From positions 115,390-147,389 of the forward strand of contig JAJDTY010000023.1 of the NCBI GenBank assembly GCA_022826945.1: a DNA stretch of 32,000 bases, read 5' to 3'. A model generated the notes under the pieces. That model worked only from the letters and a program-made list of their open reading frames with translations, had not been told where the DNA came from and searched no databases. The position numbers and the translations under genes were made by a program. The stretch comes from Candidatus Binatia bacterium (GTDB lineage: Bacteria > Desulfobacterota > Binatia > Bin18). Numbering within the stretch: position 1 is the stretch's first letter; each line of letters starts with the position of its first letter. Shown here piece by piece: positions 14,606 through 21,837 of the stretch.

Positions 14606-15624
14606 GAATCGCGATTATTACCGATGCCTGGCATCCCCAAGTCAATGGTGTCGTGCGGACGCTGGCATACACGAGTGAGCAACTCGAAGCAGCCGGGCAT
14701 CAGGTTCTTTGTATCACGCCACAGGCGTTTACCACTTATCCCTGCCCGACGTATCCGACCATTCGCCTTGCCCTCTTCCCACAGAAAGGTGTTGGACAGA
14801 AGCTGACTGCGTTTCGCCCGAACGCCATCCACATTGCAACGGAAGGACCGCTCGGGCATGCAGCCCGCAGGCTGTGTCGCCAATGGGGGCTGCCCTTTAC
14901 TACCTCCTTGCATACCCAGTTTCCCGAATACATTCGAGCACGCTCCCCTATCCCAGTACGCTGGTCTTATCGATACCTCCTCCACTATCATAACCGCGCT
15001 GTGCGCACTTTTGTCCCAACACAGTCCATGCAAGAGCGGCTGCAGGCCCGTGGTTTTCAAAACCTGCACATATGGTCTCGTGGGGTTGATACCACCCTCT
15101 TTCGTCCACGGCCGAAATCGTTTCTTTCAAGGGCCCGTCCCATCATGATGTATCTCGGACGGGTTGCAGTCGAAAAGAATATTGAGGCGTTTTTGAACCT
15201 CGATATACCAGGTTCAAAATATGTCGTCGGCGACGGCCCTGACCTGCCGAAACTCCGCGACCATTATCCGGACGTCTTTTTTGCCGGACAGAGGCTGGGA
15301 CAGAACCTTGCTGCCTATCTCGCTGCTGCGGATGTGTTTGTCTTTCCGAGTCTAACTGACACGTTTGGACTTGTCTTGCTTGAGGCACTGGCCTCTGGAG
15401 TGCCAGTGGCGGCCTTTCCTGTAACTGGCCCCTTAGATATTGTGCAGCAAGGAAAAACCGGGATTCTCGATACCGACCTGCGCCAAGCTATTATTGGAGC
15501 GCTCCGGCTGAACCCGGCTGACTGCGTCGTTTTTGCCAGGCAGCACTCATGGCAAAAGTGCACTCAGCGGTTTCTCTCCCTCCTGGAGCCATTTGAAGAA
15601 CCCTGCTGGCCAGTCGCCTCCTAG
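14602..15624 (+). CDS. GT4-family (GT-B) glycosyltransferase, Agt/SqdX-like
   Basis: ATG 14602 overlaps the upstream stop (ATGA). MRIAIITDAWHPQVNGVVRTL, GRVAVEKNI, FVFPSLTDTFGLVLLEALASGVPVAA. Confidence 0.8.
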   Translation: MRIAIITDAWHPQVNGVVRTLAYTSEQLEAAGHQVLCITPQAFTTYPCPTYPTIRLALFPQKGVGQKLTAFRPNAIHIATEGPLGHAARRLCRQWGLPFTTSLHTQFPEYIRARSPIPVRWSYRYLLHYHNRAVRTFVPTQSMQERLQARGFQNLHIWSRGVDTTLFRPRPKSFLSRARPIMMYLGRVAVEKNIEAFLNLDIPGSKYVVGDGPDLPKLRDHYPDVFFAGQRLGQNLAAYLAAADVFVFPSLTDTFGLVLLEALASGVPVAAFPVTGPLDIVQQGKTGILDTDLRQAIIGALRLNPADCVVFARQHSWQKCTQRFLSLLEPFEEPCWPVAS

Positions 15625-15695
15625 AGAGCAAGCGACCCGTGTGTACCGCCACTGGAGACCGAAGCCAGCACCTACTCTTGCAATATTGAGAATAT

Positions 15696-15777
15696 GTATA
15701 CATTGCTGAGCTCTCCCCGGCTTAGCATGTATCGAGGCCCGGAGGTTTCCCTCCTTATTCCTGCAGGCCTTTTTTGT
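15696..15777 (+). repeat. Hairpin plus terminator module Y, copy B
   Basis: GCTGAGC-tctcccc-GGCTTAGC (15705-15726; one compensatory T-A to C-G change and one G-U relative to copy A), then GGCCCGGAGG...CCTGCAGGCC-TTTTTT (15737-15775; two stem mismatches). Confidence 0.65.
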
Positions 15778-15875
15778 ACTTCTATATTTTGCATCCTTTG
15801 TCCCGTCTCATCCGTCTGTATAAACAGATTGCGTATTATTCGGAGAGAGAATACATAACAGCGAAGGAGGAGCGG

Positions 15876-16595
15876 ATGAAAATTGTCAGCTTTAAAACGT
15901 GCCCTTTTGTTCAACGCGTCACCGCCCTGCTGGAGGCTAAGCATGTTCCGTACGATGTCGAATATATCGACCTCAGCAAGAAGCCGACGTGGTTTCTCGA
16001 AGCCTCTCCGAACGGCCAGGTGCCGATTCTGATAACAGATGACGACCAGGTACTGTTCGAATCCGATGCGATTGTCGAGTACCTCGATGAAACGACAGGA
16101 GACCCCATTACCGCCAACGATCCGGTCAAGAAAGCCCAAGACCGCGCCTGGTCCTATCTGGCGTCAAAGCATTACCTGCCGCAATGCAGTGCGCAACGCA
16201 GTACGGATGAACAGACACTGGAGGAAGGCCGAACAACATTAGGCACGGCTTTCGCAAAAATAGAATCTCGGCTTGGAGAAGATACATACTTTAATGGAGA
16301 TACTTTGGGTATGGTGGATATCGCTTGGCTGCCCTTGCTCCATCGCGCCGCGATTATCGAACGCTATACGGACTTCGACTTTCTCGGGGCATTTCCAAAA
16401 GTGAAGCGATGGCAGGAAGCCATACTGGCAACAGGAATTGCCGGAAAGTCGGTTGCTGAGGATTTTGAGAGCCGATTTACCGCATTTTACTTGGCGGATA
16501 CGACCTATCTCGGCCAGCTCGCAAAAAAACAATCCGGAACAGCCTGCTGTGGACCAACGGAATGTCGCGAGGAAGACCTCGCGTGCTGCGCATAA
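15876..16595 (+). CDS. Glutathione S-transferase-like protein (thioredoxin-fold N-domain with a CPF motif) with a Cys-rich C-terminal tail
   Basis: ATG 15876 preceded by GAAGGAGGAG. MKIVSFKTCPFVQRV...PNGQVPIL...LFESDAIVEYLDE (GST N-domain). The tail is GTACCGPTECREEDLACCA. The track start 15774 would overlap the upstream terminator. Confidence 0.7.
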   Translation: MKIVSFKTCPFVQRVTALLEAKHVPYDVEYIDLSKKPTWFLEASPNGQVPILITDDDQVLFESDAIVEYLDETTGDPITANDPVKKAQDRAWSYLASKHYLPQCSAQRSTDEQTLEEGRTTLGTAFAKIESRLGEDTYFNGDTLGMVDIAWLPLLHRAAIIERYTDFDFLGAFPKVKRWQEAILATGIAGKSVAEDFESRFTAFYLADTTYLGQLAKKQSGTACCGPTECREEDLACCA

Positions 16596-16758
16596 CCACC
16601 AGGACTGTGGCCCGCGCGTACTCTCAATACTGAGAATATGCACAGTTCATGCAGATGTCTTTGCTCTGTAATGTCAGTGTCATATTCTTTGGCTTAGGTC
16701 ATATGGCCTGAGTTCTTCCCCTTTGGACTCCGTTTTCTTTCAAGAGTAGAGTACACTA

Positions 16759-18006
16759 ATGGCAACAAAACCGTCTCCTTTTAAGCCGTCGCAGGGGCTG
16801 AGTGTTTTTGAGCGCTACCTCACCGTCTGGGTCCTGTTGTGTATTGCGGTGGGTATCGGTCTGGGGAGTGTCGCACCGGGTATTGCGACCTTTCTCGACG
16901 GGCTTTCCTTATATGTTGGCGACGCGCCGGTGGTCTCGATTCCGATTGCGATTTGTCTGTTTTTCATGATGTACCCTATCATGGTCAAAATCGACTTTGC
17001 CGAGGTCATTCGAGCGGGGAAAAGTGTCCGTCCGGTTGGACTTACCCTGTTTGTCAATTGGGCCATCAAACCCTTCACCATGTATGCGATTGCCGTGCTG
17101 TTTCTCGGGACCTTCTTTCTTGATTTAATAGGCCCGGATGCCGTTGACTACGTTAAGATGCCGTTCGGTCTCAATCTGCCGGTGGGGTCGTCTTACGGCT
17201 CTGGAACCGTCGTACTGATTGACGGCATCAAGATGTTGGAGGTGCCGCTGTGGCGCAGTTATCTGGCCGGCTGTATCCTGCTGGGCATCGCGCCCTGTAC
17301 GGCCATGGTTCTGGTCTGGGGCTATCTGGCCAAGGGGAATGACGGCCTGACGCTGGTGATGGTCGCGATTAATTCCCTGACCATGCTCGTCCTGTATGGT
17401 GTGCTGGGTGATGTCCTTCTCGGGATCGGCCGTCTGCCCGTCCCCTGGCAAGCCCTGCTGCTGTCCATTGGCGTGTACGTCGCTCTTCCACTGGTGGCGG
17501 GCTATTGCTCTCGTCAGTGGATCATGCGGACCAAAGGCGAACAATGGTTCCGTGAGCGGTTTCTGCACTTTCTCACGCCGGTCACCATTAGCGCTCTGCT
17601 CATCACCCTGGTCCTGCTGTTCTCTCTTAAAGGCGAAATGATTCTGTCCAATCCGCTGATGATTGTCTGGATTGCGCTTCCTCTCTTCATTCAAACAGTC
17701 CTTGTTTTCGCCCTGGCGTACGGACTGGCGAGAGTCCTCAGACTGTCGTACCAAAATGCGGCCCCAACCGCGCTCATTGGGGCCTCCAACCATTTCGAGG
17801 TTGCCATTGCCACGGCAACCATGCTGTTCGGGCTGTCATCCGGAGCCGCCCTAGCGACCGTTGTGGGTGTGCTCATCGAGGTTCCGGTGATGCTGCTGCT
17901 GGTGCGCTTCTGCCAACGCACCGAGGGCTGGTTTACCTCGACCGCCCCCGCTCCTGCCCAGGACCTGTCACCCCAGCCCGGCCACACTACCGCCGTCAGC
18001 AAGTGA
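16759..18006 (+). CDS. acr3: Arsenite efflux permease, ACR3 family
   Basis: 415 aa and polytopic. The N-terminus [23 protein letters not shown] and the overall pattern are typical of ACR3. Adjacent to arsC. Confidence 0.85.
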   Translation: MATKPSPFKPSQGLSVFERYLTVWVLLCIAVGIGLGSVAPGIATFLDGLSLYVGDAPVVSIPIAICLFFMMYPIMVKIDFAEVIRAGKSVRPVGLTLFVNWAIKPFTMYAIAVLFLGTFFLDLIGPDAVDYVKMPFGLNLPVGSSYGSGTVVLIDGIKMLEVPLWRSYLAGCILLGIAPCTAMVLVWGYLAKGNDGLTLVMVAINSLTMLVLYGVLGDVLLGIGRLPVPWQALLLSIGVYVALPLVAGYCSRQWIMRTKGEQWFRERFLHFLTPVTISALLITLVLLFSLKGEMILSNPLMIVWIALPLFIQTVLVFALAYGLARVLRLSYQNAAPTALIGASNHFEVAIATATMLFGLSSGAALATVVGVLIEVPVMLLLVRFCQRTEGWFTSTAPAPAQDLSPQPGHTTAVSK

Positions 18007-18028
18007 GCGCCGTCCCAGCAACCTGAGC

Positions 18029-18445
18029 ATGAAGCGCCTGCGCGTTTTATTCCTCTGCACGCATAACTCGGCTCGAAGCCAAATGGCTGAGGGACTTTTA
18101 CGGGCGCACGGTCCGGCACGTTTCGAGGTTGCCAGTGCAGGGACCCAGGCGACACGCGTACATCCACTGGCGATCCGAGCCATGGCCGAACTTGAGATTG
18201 ACATCTCCGGCCAGCGATCAAAAACCCTGGACCGATTTGTCAACGTCCCTTGGGACTATGTGATTACCGTATGCGATAACGCCCGCGAGCACTGCCCGGT
18301 CTTTCCCGCAGCCGCTCATCGCCTGCATTGGAGCTTCGCCGATCCCTCTCAGGCCCACGACACGGAGCAAGAACAACTCCGTACGTTCTGTCACGTTCGA
18401 GATGCCATAAGACAGCACCTCCAGGCGTGGGTTGCCCGGCTCTAA
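18029..18445 (+). CDS. arsC: Arsenate reductase, LMW-PTPase (thioredoxin-coupled) type
   Basis: VLFLCTHNSARSQMAEG (CX5R P-loop) and the downstream Cys pair in VITVCDNAREHCP. Confidence 0.85.
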   Translation: MKRLRVLFLCTHNSARSQMAEGLLRAHGPARFEVASAGTQATRVHPLAIRAMAELEIDISGQRSKTLDRFVNVPWDYVITVCDNAREHCPVFPAAAHRLHWSFADPSQAHDTEQEQLRTFCHVRDAIRQHLQAWVARL

Positions 18446-18497
18446 GGGCAGCAGTGTCACAGCTCAACCACTTACTCTCCCATCGAAAATCATTATT

Positions 18498-18542
18498 TTT
18501 TCACAGGCTTTTCATATTCCTGCAATCTCGAATTCCTACTAT
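18498..18542 (+). promoter_or_regulatory. Pho-box promoter of the receiver gene
   Basis: TTTTCAC-AGGC-TTTTCAT-ATTC-CTGCAAT (18498-18526, 11-bp phasing), exactly 10 nt, then TACTAT (18537-18542). AAGGAGGGA (18557-18565) follows, with a TTG start at 18574. Confidence 0.6.
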
Positions 18543-18573
18543 CCCCCTCTGGCCGTAAGGAGGGAACATACTG

Positions 18574-18988
18574 TTGAAAAAAGTTCTGGTAGTGGAAGAT
18601 GAGCCCAGCACCGCTCATCTAATTGCCTATAATCTGGAGCAAGTGGGCTACCGCGTCGAAATCGCCGAAGATGGAGAGCAAGCCTGCGCACGGGTCGAAT
18701 CCTTTGGACCCGACTTGGTGACGTTAGACCTCCTGCTGCCGCTGAAAAGCGGCTGGCAGGTCCTGGAATGTATCCGCTGGCATGCGGATGCACGCGTCCG
18801 TCAGGTACCGATTATTGTGGTGAGTGCTCTGGCTTCTCAGCGGCAGCAATAAAGAACTACAACATAGCGGCGTACACCACTGTTTAAGCAAGCCATTTTC
18901 CATTTCCGAACTCTGTCTACTTGTCCACCGGCAGCTCTCTCCTGCCCTGCATAAGTCAGCACACCCAGGCTATCAGGCAAACGGATAG
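18574..18988 (+). pseudogene. Single-domain CheY-like response regulator interrupted by a +1 frame change at ~18850
   Basis: Frame 1 (18574-18852): MKKVLVVEDE...DLVTLDLLLP...PIIVVSALASQRQQ-stop. The +1 frame (18851-18988) continues KELQHSGVHHCLSKPFSISELCLLVHRQL..., i.e. the alpha4-beta5 (KPF)-alpha5 part of a receiver domain. Confidence 0.65.
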
Positions 18989-19080
18989 ATTATATTCATC
19001 CTCCGCATTTGACGAAATTCTTTTTCATATTCAGCATCTTACATTTCATACGACGGATTCTGGCAGACGCCTGTCCAAGA

Positions 19081-19136
19081 TTTTCACACATTCATAACGG
19101 CCCTGTCACTTTCTTGTAACAGCCCGAACTTATCCT
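19081..19136 (+). promoter_or_regulatory. Double Pho-box promoter of the porin-pst operon
   Basis: TTTTCAC-ACAT-TCATAAC-GGCC-CTGTCAC-TTTC-TTGTAAC (19081-19120), 10 nt, then TATCCT (19131-19136). Same geometry as the E. coli phoA/pstS Pho boxes. Confidence 0.7.
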
Positions 19137-19253
19137 GTTTGCCTCTGGCCCGGACGAGAGGGGGTGATCTGCGGAAACGGCATACATGCGTCAACCGAGG
19201 TACTGGAGAAACGTCAGAGCAAGAATTCAACACTGGAGGAGGAGACATACTAT

Positions 19254-20669
19254 ATGAGACGATTGGGATTAGCGTTCTGCGTCGGCCTTTTTGCGGCCGG
19301 GCTGCTCCTAGCACGACCAGCCCAGGCCAAGAATGTGGCCGCAGAAATCCTGGATATCCTCAAAGCCAATGGGCAGATCAGCGAGGAGCAGCACCGCGAT
19401 CTGATGATTAAGGCCCAAGCCGAGGATGAGAAGGTTGCAGCCGCCTCGGATTTGACTCAAAAGGTCGAAGGCTTAGAGAAAAATGTCGGCAAGAAGAACT
19501 TTCTGGCCGCCTACTGGAAGAGCGGGCTGCGGCTCGACTCGGCCGATGGCAAATTCAAGCTGAAGGTCGGCGGTCGGATCATGAACGACTGGGCCGTCTA
19601 CAGCACGGACAAGAAGGTCCGGCGACAGTTTGGCCGAATCGGCGATGGCACGGAGTTCCGGCGGGCGCGCTTCTTCATGGAAGGCAGCGTCTACGGTAAC
19701 ATCAAGTACAAGTTTCAGTACGACTTCGCCAGCTCCGATCCATTCAAGGACGCCTATATCCAGCTGAAGAAGCTCCCGATGGCCGGGAACTTTACGGTCG
19801 GCCATTTCAAGGAGCCGTTCTCGCTCGAAGAGCTGACCAGCAGTAAATACATCACCTTTATGGAGCGCTCGCTGCCCAACGTGTTCTCCAGCGGCCGGAA
19901 TCTTGGCGTGCGCTTGAACCGGGCCTTTATGGATAAGCGCGCCACTGCGGCGTTCGGCTTCTTCCGGGAAGGCAATCCGGCCGACACCAGCACGACCTTC
20001 GGCAATAGCGGGATCTACAATGCCACGACCCGGTTTACGATTCTGCCCTGGTATCAGGAAAAGGGCAGACAGCTCCTCCACCTCGGACTGTCATACCGGC
20101 ACGCGTTCCACGACAAGGGCAACAAGATTCGATGGCGTCAGCGGCCCGAAGCGCACCTCGGTCCCCGGTTCGTGGAAACCCCGAAGTTCCACATCGAGGA
20201 CGTGGACTACTTCAACCCCGAAGTGGCGCTGGTCTACGGCCCGGCCTCGTTGCAGTTCGAGTGGATGAGCGCCCTAGTCGACCGACCCTCGGGCGACGAC
20301 ATCCAGTACGACGGGTTCTACGTCTTCGGCAGCTTCTTCCTGACCGGTGAGAACAGGCCCTACAAGACCTCCAGCGGCGCGTTTGACCGAGTCAAGCCCA
20401 AGAACAATTTCGACTGGAAGGGTGGCTACGGGGCGCTGGAACTCGCGGCCCGCTACTCGATGCTGGACCTGAACGACGAGGATATGAACGGTGGTGAGTT
20501 GAGTAACTTCACCTTCGGCGTCAATTGGTATCTCAACCCCAATGTGCGCTTCATGCTGAACTACGTACGTGCGATGTTGGATGAAGATGACTGCTATTAC
20601 AAGGGTGACATGGGTGACCACTGTGGCGATGCTGATATCGTCCAGGCGCGCTTCCAGGTCGATTTCTAA
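19254..20669 (+). CDS. Phosphate-selective porin O/P family outer-membrane channel
   Basis: ATG 19254 preceded by GGAGGAGGAG. Signal peptide MRRLGLAFCVGLFAAGLLLARPAQA, beta-barrel alternation, C-terminal ...VQARFQVDF. The track start 19164 lies upstream of the SD. Confidence 0.8.
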   Translation: MRRLGLAFCVGLFAAGLLLARPAQAKNVAAEILDILKANGQISEEQHRDLMIKAQAEDEKVAAASDLTQKVEGLEKNVGKKNFLAAYWKSGLRLDSADGKFKLKVGGRIMNDWAVYSTDKKVRRQFGRIGDGTEFRRARFFMEGSVYGNIKYKFQYDFASSDPFKDAYIQLKKLPMAGNFTVGHFKEPFSLEELTSSKYITFMERSLPNVFSSGRNLGVRLNRAFMDKRATAAFGFFREGNPADTSTTFGNSGIYNATTRFTILPWYQEKGRQLLHLGLSYRHAFHDKGNKIRWRQRPEAHLGPRFVETPKFHIEDVDYFNPEVALVYGPASLQFEWMSALVDRPSGDDIQYDGFYVFGSFFLTGENRPYKTSSGAFDRVKPKNNFDWKGGYGALELAARYSMLDLNDEDMNGGELSNFTFGVNWYLNPNVRFMLNYVRAMLDEDDCYYKGDMGDHCGDADIVQARFQVDF

Positions 20670-20693
20670 AGTAATCCCTATGGAGGAGAGAGT

Positions 20694-21662
20694 ATGAAAA
20701 TGCGAAAACTACTGGCCCTGTGTGGAGCCGTGGCGCTGAGCGCCTCGGTGGCAAACGCTCAGACGATTCAGGTCGATGCCGACCTGCCTAGCTATGAAAA
20801 GGTCAGCGGCATCTCGGGCAATCTGAACAGTATCGGTTCGGACACACTCAACAACTTGATGACCCTCTGGGCCGAAGGATTTAAGAAAGTCTACCCCAAC
20901 GTGAACGTCCAGATCGAAGGCAAGGGCTCAAGCACGGCCCCCCCGGCCCTGATTGAAGCCACGGCCCAACTCGGTCCCATGTCCCGTGCTATGAAAAGCA
21001 AAGAAATGGACGAATTTGAGAAGAAGTTCGGGTACAAACCGACCCCGATTCGTACCTCGCTCGACTCACTGGCCGTCTTTGTCAACAAGGACAATCCGGT
21101 CCAGGGCCTCAACCTTCAGCAGGTCGATGCCCTCTTCTCGAAAAACCGCAAATGTGGCGCGTCCGTGGATGCTGCCACCTGGGGCGACCTGGGTCTGACC
21201 GGAAGCTGGGCCTCGGTCCCGATCAGCCTGTACGGCCGGAATTCCGCCTCGGGCACCTACGGGTTCTTCAAGAAGGTCGCGCTGTGCAAGGGAGACTACA
21301 AGGATACGGTGAAAGAGCAGCCGGGCTCAGCCTCCGTGGTCCAGGGCGTGAGCGAAGACCGCAACGGCACGGGCTATAGCGGTATCGGCTACACGACCTC
21401 GGGCGTGCGCCCCATCCCCTTGGTCAAAGAGGGCAGCGACTATGTCGAGCCTACCTATGAGAACGTGGCCAGCGGGAAGTATCCTCTATCTCGTTTCCTA
21501 TACGTCTATGTGAACAAGGAGCCGAACAAGGCGCTCGATCCCCTGACCAAGGAATTTCTCAAGTTTGTCCTGAGCAAAGAAGGACAAGAGATTGTGGTCA
21601 AGGACGGATACTATCCAATGTCTGCCAAGCTGGTGAACGAAGATCGAGCGGCCTTGGAATAA
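20694..21662 (+). CDS. pstS: Phosphate ABC transporter periplasmic binding protein
   Basis: Signal peptide ending [46 protein letters not shown]...[18 protein letters not shown] upstream. Confidence 0.9.
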   Translation: MKMRKLLALCGAVALSASVANAQTIQVDADLPSYEKVSGISGNLNSIGSDTLNNLMTLWAEGFKKVYPNVNVQIEGKGSSTAPPALIEATAQLGPMSRAMKSKEMDEFEKKFGYKPTPIRTSLDSLAVFVNKDNPVQGLNLQQVDALFSKNRKCGASVDAATWGDLGLTGSWASVPISLYGRNSASGTYGFFKKVALCKGDYKDTVKEQPGSASVVQGVSEDRNGTGYSGIGYTTSGVRPIPLVKEGSDYVEPTYENVASGKYPLSRFLYVYVNKEPNKALDPLTKEFLKFVLSKEGQEIVVKDGYYPMSAKLVNEDRAALE

Positions 21663-21686
21663 GCGTCCCTCTTACGCACACCTTCG

Positions 21687-21741
21687 AAAGAGGAAATGTG
21701 TTCTCCAATAGCATATATAGTGCTGGACACGTCTCCTCTTT
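21687..21741 (+). repeat. Palindromic repeat family X, intergenic copy (pstS-pstC)
   Basis: AAAGAGGAAATGTGTTC-TCCAATAGCATATATAGTGCT-GGACACGTCTCCTCTTT. 16 of 17 arm positions pair (two G-U). Confidence 0.85.
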
Positions 21742-21760
21742 GTACCAGGATGAAGGAGCC

Positions 21761-21785
21761 GAAGGGCGGAGATCCTCCGCCCTTC
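21761..21785 (+). other. GC-rich stem-loop in the pstS-pstC spacer
   Basis: GAAGGGCGGAG-atc-CTCCGCCCTTC (11-bp perfect stem), extendable by AAGGAG/CTCTTT across a CC bulge. No U-tract follows. Confidence 0.6.
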
Positions 21786-21837
21786 CTCTTTATCTACCGC
21801 TTGCCCTGTTCGCAGAATAGCATAAGGTAGGTCTATC

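Noticed and set aside
15816-15827. CTGTATAAACAG as a LexA/SOS box upstream of the GST-like gene
   Set aside because: The CTGT and ACAG halves are separated by 4 nt rather than the 8 nt of the gammaproteobacterial SOS box.
16708-16745. CCTGAGTTCTTCCCCTTTGGACTCCGTTTTCTTTC in the ACR3 leader as a copy of module Y or repeat X
   Set aside because: It shows only short partial resemblances to the Y hairpin and to an X arm, with no complementary partner and no terminator.
18845-18853. Programmed +1 ribosomal frameshift in the receiver gene
   Set aside because: The CAA-UAA-A context has no slippery codon pairing or upstream SD stimulator of the prfB type. A mutation or sequencing error is more parsimonious, and it is kept only as a remote option.
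21784-21793. TTCCTCTTTA after the GC hairpin as another family-X arm
   Set aside because: It is explained as the 3' extension of the 21761-21785 hairpin. No family-type centre or second arm is present.
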